Virus record (IMG/VR): IMGVR_UViG_3300028569_000128
Span: 1-29,020 of that record
Length of the DNA stretch: 29,020 bases
Direction: 5' to 3' (one strand)
Source: a virus
Taxonomy: Duplodnaviria > Caudoviricetes
A model generated the notes under the pieces. It searched no databases. It had not been told where the DNA came from and saw only the letters and a list, made by a program, of their open reading frames with translations. This document shows, one piece after another, positions 25,072-29,020 of the stretch; position 1 is the stretch's first letter, and each line of letters starts with the position of its first letter. A program made the position numbers and the translations under genes.

Positions 25072-25099
25072 TTTACAGCTTTGATGTTTCGGTTATAAC
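25072..25099 (+). promoter_or_regulatory. sigma70-like promoter before the tail fibre gene
   Basis: TTTACA-16 bp-TATAAC. Confidence 0.55.
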
Positions 25100-25123
25100 T
25101 ATACACATTAGACAGGAACTACT

Positions 25124-26671
25124 ATGGCAGGATATACACGAGTCGATACGAGTAACAACATTGCTGACGGAAACATCATCGCTGCTGCTGACCTCGACAA
25201 TGAATTTGATGGCGTACAAGCTGCGTTCAGTGCCAGCACAGGACACACACACGGCGGTGCTGTTGGTGAAGGTGCTCCCATTGTAAAGCTTGGTCCCACC
25301 AATGATGTCACCATTAGTGCTACGTTGTTGGCTCCAAAGACCACCAACACTGTAGACATTGGTGGCTCTTCGCTGAAGTATAAAGACTTGTGGTTGGCTG
25401 GTAATGCAAGCATTGCTGGTACATTGGCTGTCACAGGTGTTGCTACCCTGACAGCACAGCCTGTGCTGTCTTCATTGACAGCTTCTAGCGCTGTCGCCAC
25501 TGATGCAAGCAAGGGTCTGGTGAGTGTTACCAACACAGGCACTGGCAACAACGTTCTTGCCACCTCTCCTACACTGGTCACGCCTGCACTTGGTACACCA
25601 GCATCGGGTGTTGTAACCAACCTCACTGGTACAGCCTCAATCAACATCAACGGCACTGTGGGCGCTACAACAGCCTCTACGGGTGCATTCACTACCCTTG
25701 CAGCATCAGGCGTAACAACTGTTCAGGCTGGCACAGCGGCACTCCCTGCCATCACCACAGCAGGCGATACCAACACAGGTATTTTCTTCCCTGCTGCTGA
25801 CAGCGTTGCAACAACAGTTGGTGGGGTTGAGGGTACTCGCCTGACCTCCACAGGTCTGGGTATTGGGACGTCAGATACCTCTACCGGTCGCGTTAACGTG
25901 CAGGCAGGTGCAAGCGCAACTGGTAACTCGCTGTTCTTAAGCAATTTTGATGGCACATACAACCCGTTTTTGCAAATTCAGCATAACGGGGTGGATGGAA
26001 TACGCCTGTTTACTAGCTCAAGCTATGGCGGCACTGCTGGCAATTTTACGATTAACCCCATTAACTCCACAATTTTTCAAAGTGGTGGTTCAGAACTCGC
26101 CCGTATCAACTCCAACGGTGAACTTTCTATTGGGAAAACTCAAGCAAGTGAATCGTACACAACTGGTAACGGTTACGGGTTTGCCTTGCCGACCGTTGAC
26201 CCCTTCTTTTCGGTTGTAAACGTGGCCGCTGCTGGCGTTAACTCTTGCATTTATTTGAACAAACGCAATAGCAATGCCACCAATGGCTTGATTATGTTCC
26301 AGTCAAATAACGGGTCATCGCAAGTAACGGTTGGGTCAATAACCCATAACGGAACCAACACTTCCTACAACACCTCATCAGACTACCGCCTGAAAGAAAA
26401 TATCCAGCCTATGACTGGTGCTCTTGCCAAGGTCGCCACACTCAAGCCCGTGACATACACATGGAAAGCTGACGGTTCTTCCGGTGAAGGCTTTATTGCT
26501 CACGAACTGCAAGAGGTCTGTCCATCGGCTGTGATTGGGGAGAAAGATGGCGAGGAAATGCAGGGCGTGGACTACGGCAAACTTACTCCAATCCTAACTG
26601 CGGCACTTCAAGAAGCCATTACCAAGATTAAAACGCTTGAGGCTCGTATTGCCGTACTGGAGGCAAAATGA
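25124..26671 (+). CDS. tail fibre with C-terminal intramolecular chaperone (peptidase S74)
   Basis: N-terminal anchor IADGNIIAAADLDNEFD..GHTH; TSSDYRLKENI..LKPVTYTWK..GFIAHELQEV; C-terminal coiled coil. Confidence 0.92.
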   Translation: MAGYTRVDTSNNIADGNIIAAADLDNEFDGVQAAFSASTGHTHGGAVGEGAPIVKLGPTNDVTISATLLAPKTTNTVDIGGSSLKYKDLWLAGNASIAGTLAVTGVATLTAQPVLSSLTASSAVATDASKGLVSVTNTGTGNNVLATSPTLVTPALGTPASGVVTNLTGTASININGTVGATTASTGAFTTLAASGVTTVQAGTAALPAITTAGDTNTGIFFPAADSVATTVGGVEGTRLTSTGLGIGTSDTSTGRVNVQAGASATGNSLFLSNFDGTYNPFLQIQHNGVDGIRLFTSSSYGGTAGNFTINPINSTIFQSGGSELARINSNGELSIGKTQASESYTTGNGYGFALPTVDPFFSVVNVAAAGVNSCIYLNKRNSNATNGLIMFQSNNGSSQVTVGSITHNGTNTSYNTSSDYRLKENIQPMTGALAKVATLKPVTYTWKADGSSGEGFIAHELQEVCPSAVIGEKDGEEMQGVDYGKLTPILTAALQEAITKIKTLEARIAVLEAK

Positions 26672-26965
26672 AAACTTTAACCGCTGAGAATGATTTTGGT
26701 CGTACCAAACAGACTTGAAAATTTGCGGCAAGCAACTGTTACGCAAAACACTTGGAACGCAAAACTTTCAATGGCAAACACAAGCGGTATTAAAGGTGTA
26801 AGTTTTCGCAAAGACAGAAATGTTTGGATTGCCAGATTGCAAGCACACGCAAAAAGCATTTACCTTGGTTACTTTAAATCAAAAGAAGATGCTGAAGAAT
26901 TTTTGCAACTAGCAAGAGATATGGTCCACGGCGATTTTGCCAATCATGGTTTAAAAGGAGTTTGA
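26668..26965 (+). pseudogene. decayed HNH-AP2 homing endonuclease
   Basis: GGAGG-ATG 26668 (MKTLTAE) stops early; another frame gives NRLENLRQAT..NTSGIKGV..YLGYF; the DH catalytic part is absent. Confidence 0.7.
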
Positions 26966-26966
26966 A

Positions 26967-27278
26967 ATGAATACAGTTTTTACTTGGTCAGTGGTTCAAA
27001 TGGAACGATTGACTTCTAACAACTACGTTGTCACGGTTCACTACAATGTTTCTGCTGTAGATGGCGAGTACCAAGCGGCCACCTATGGAACGGTTTCTTA
27101 TACACAAGAAGCTGGACAAAATGTGATTCCATACCAAGACCTTACCGAAGAAATTGTTGTGGGCTGGTGTCAGACAAGCCTCGGCAAAGACACTGTTGAA
27201 GCCAGCTTGCAAAGCCAGATTAACGCGCAGATCAACCCCGTACAAGAGTCCGGTGTACCTTGGGCAGATCAGGCTTAA
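26967..27278 (+). CDS. small tail-fibre-associated protein
   Basis: AGGAG RBS; FTW..VHY..IPYQDLTEEIVVGW..GVPW pattern. Confidence 0.8.
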   Translation: MNTVFTWSVVQMERLTSNNYVVTVHYNVSAVDGEYQAATYGTVSYTQEAGQNVIPYQDLTEEIVVGWCQTSLGKDTVEASLQSQINAQINPVQESGVPWADQA

Positions 27279-27293
27279 TCGTAGGGGGTTGAT

Positions 27294-27491
27294 GTGAGTT
27301 CAGTACAACAAACTACGGAATCAGGGTCGGCCATATTAGCGAAAGCAGCACCACCCATCAGCGTATCTATAGCTTCTATAGCAGGTGTTCAGGTTGCTGA
27401 GCTTTTGTTATGGGCTACATTAATCTACACCTTGTTGATGATTTGTCATAAGATTTATACCATCTACAAGGACATCAGGCATGGCAATTGA
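27294..27491 (+). CDS. putative holin
   Basis: 65 aa, hydrophobic segments, directly upstream of the lysozyme; GTG start with GGGG RBS. Confidence 0.75.
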   Translation: MSSVQQTTESGSAILAKAAPPISVSIASIAGVQVAELLLWATLIYTLLMICHKIYTIYKDIRHGN

Positions 27492-27943
27492 ATCGTGCTG
27501 CACCAACATCCTTGAAACTCAGTGCTGTAGCATTGGTTGCTTTAGCTCTATATGAGGGCTATACCAACAATGCTATACAGCCGTTGCCGGGTGACAAGTG
27601 GACGTATGGTTTTGGTACAACAGAGAATGTAAAGAAGGGTGATACCATCACTCCACCTAAAGCGTTAGAGCGTAAGATTAATGACATTACAAAATTTGAA
27701 AGTGCTTTGAGACAATGTGTTGTTGTCCCTCTGCATCAATATGAATACGATGCCTATATAAGTTTGTCGTATAATATTGGCAGCAATGCATTCTGCGGTT
27801 CTACATTAGTGGCTCTTTTAAATCAAGAGATGTACAACGAGGCGTGTGAGCAAGTATTGAGATGGGATAAGTTTAAAGGTAGTGCTGTAAGAGGTTTAAC
27901 CATTAGACGACAATCGGAGTATAAGCAATGTATTGGACAATGA
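27488..27943 (+). CDS. endolysin, GH24 lysozyme (possible SAR N-terminus)
   Basis: EGY...GD.WTYGFGTT, YDAYISLSYNIG..AFC.STL, GL..RRQ.E; TTG start uncertain. Confidence 0.92.
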   Translation: MNRAAPTSLKLSAVALVALALYEGYTNNAIQPLPGDKWTYGFGTTENVKKGDTITPPKALERKINDITKFESALRQCVVVPLHQYEYDAYISLSYNIGSNAFCGSTLVALLNQEMYNEACEQVLRWDKFKGSAVRGLTIRRQSEYKQCIGQ

Positions 27944-28413
27944 ACACTATCGTCACTGCTGTTGTAATATTTGCTCTTTCATTTTCTCATTACTTTGCTT
28001 ATAATAAAGGACAAGAACATGTTCACAATCTGTGGAACAAGGACAAGCTTGTTAAGGTTGAGGCGCAGGCCAGTCTTACAAACGAATCATTGAAAAGGCT
28101 ACAGACATTACAGGCTGAGAAGCAGAAGGTAGATCAACTATATGTCCAAGAAAAACGTAAAGCGGCGGCTGCTGCTTCTAACGCTCAGCGTGAGCTTGAT
28201 AGGTTGCGCGACACCCTCACCAGTGGTAACACAACAAAGAGTGATAATGGTTCCGTCACCCTCCCCCGAACTGATGGAGGCACCAGACTTGAGCAAGAGC
28301 TACTCGGACAGTGTGCAGCAACTCTTGTTGGAATGGCGGCAGAAGCTGATAGATTGGAAACGATCATCGTAGGTCTTCAAAGTTACGTTAAAAACATATG
28401 CTTGGCTAAATAA
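27940..28413 (+). CDS. Rz: i-spanin (Rz-like)
   Basis: N-terminal TM helix, coiled coil, follows the endolysin. Confidence 0.85.
   Translation: MNTIVTAVVIFALSFSHYFAYNKGQEHVHNLWNKDKLVKVEAQASLTNESLKRLQTLQAEKQKVDQLYVQEKRKAAAAASNAQRELDRLRDTLTSGNTTKSDNGSVTLPRTDGGTRLEQELLGQCAATLVGMAAEADRLETIIVGLQSYVKNICLAK
28142..28372 (+). CDS. Rz1: o-spanin (Rz1-like lipoprotein) embedded in Rz
   Basis: Basic N-terminus, hydrophobic core, lipobox LIG-C, Pro-rich; +1 frame inside the i-spanin. Confidence 0.85.
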   Translation: MSKKNVKRRLLLLTLSVSLIGCATPSPVVTQQRVIMVPSPSPELMEAPDLSKSYSDSVQQLLLEWRQKLIDWKRSS

Positions 28414-28416
28414 ATT

Positions 28417-29020
28417 ATGAAAAACTTTACAGCAAAACAAAAAGAAATCGTAGCCCGTAAGATTGGCTATGATGGCCCAATGCAGGGCTTTGATGAATTC
28501 ATTAATTCATCTCCGTCACTGAGTATGCAATATGCATCCATCACTTCTAAGTTTGCTGAGCGCATGGCGAAAGGTGGAGTTGTAAAGAAGTTTGTTGTTG
28601 GTGGTGATGTATCATTTGATCAAATTAAAGCAGAACTTGCAGCGGGTCCACAGACTCAGGAGGCACTGGATGCGGCATTGCTGAAATATTCTCCAGCGCA
28701 AATGGCTGAGGCATTTCCTGAATATGGCAACGTAGCCGATTTCAATAATGCAACACGAGAAGCTGCTGCAAGGGTGGAGCAACAACAACGGGCTGCTAAT
28801 CGTGCAGCCGTTCGTGCTGATATGGCTGTAACAGGTGAAGAGTTTCGTGTTACCAACCCCGGTGGTGATGTGACAATTCAAGGCACAACACGACCTGCAA
28901 TGTCTGCTGTTCCGCAAACTGAAATGGCTGCTAGTCGTTCAAAACTAACTAAGGAGCAGGCTGAATTTATTGACTGGCAAATGGCTCAGGTTAATCCATT
29001 AACTGGACAGCGTGTTGCAG
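28417..29020 (+). CDS. 5' part of a putative internal virion/ejection protein (runs off the window)
   Basis: MKNFTAKQKEIVARKIGYDGPMQGFDEF...MAKGGVVKKFVVGGDV; frame stays open to the end of the window. Confidence 0.7.
   Translation, partial: MKNFTAKQKEIVARKIGYDGPMQGFDEFINSSPSLSMQYASITSKFAERMAKGGVVKKFVVGGDVSFDQIKAELAAGPQTQEALDAALLKYSPAQMAEAFPEYGNVADFNNATREAAARVEQQQRAANRAAVRADMAVTGEEFRVTNPGGDVTIQGTTRPAMSAVPQTEMAASRSKLTKEQAEFIDWQMAQVNPLTGQRVA

Noticed and set aside
25124-26671. Diversity-generating retroelement target in the tail fibre
   Set aside because: No reverse transcriptase or template/variable repeat pair in the window; the C-terminus is an S74 chaperone.

Overview
About 29 kb of a tailed dsDNA phage genome, podovirus-like and probably infecting a Gram-negative proteobacterium (it has spanins, a SleB hydrolase and host-type promoters). 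Positions 1-6174 are a leftward early operon of small genes: GP88-like, WYL_2/SH3-like, SleB, DUF932 and the probable N-terminus of an integrase. Long minus-strand hairpins and a boxA-like leader punctuate it. Positions 6175-7304 are a ~1.1 kb divergent non-coding control region, possibly the genome end. It holds a canonical sigma54 promoter, three NtrC-like boxes, DnaA boxes, a Fur-like palindrome, an IHF consensus and several repeats. Positions 7305-29020 are a rightward late region: small basic proteins, TerS/TerL, portal, scaffold, major capsid, decoration, tail adaptor/nozzle, an S74 tail fibre, a holin/endolysin/spanin cassette, the start of an internal virion protein, and two intact plus one decayed homing endonucleases. 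The two most interesting signals are the apparent host-regulator hub controlling the first early gene and a [FYM]-x-x-G-G motif shared by several unrelated late proteins. All family assignments come from motif recognition by eye; no database searches were run.
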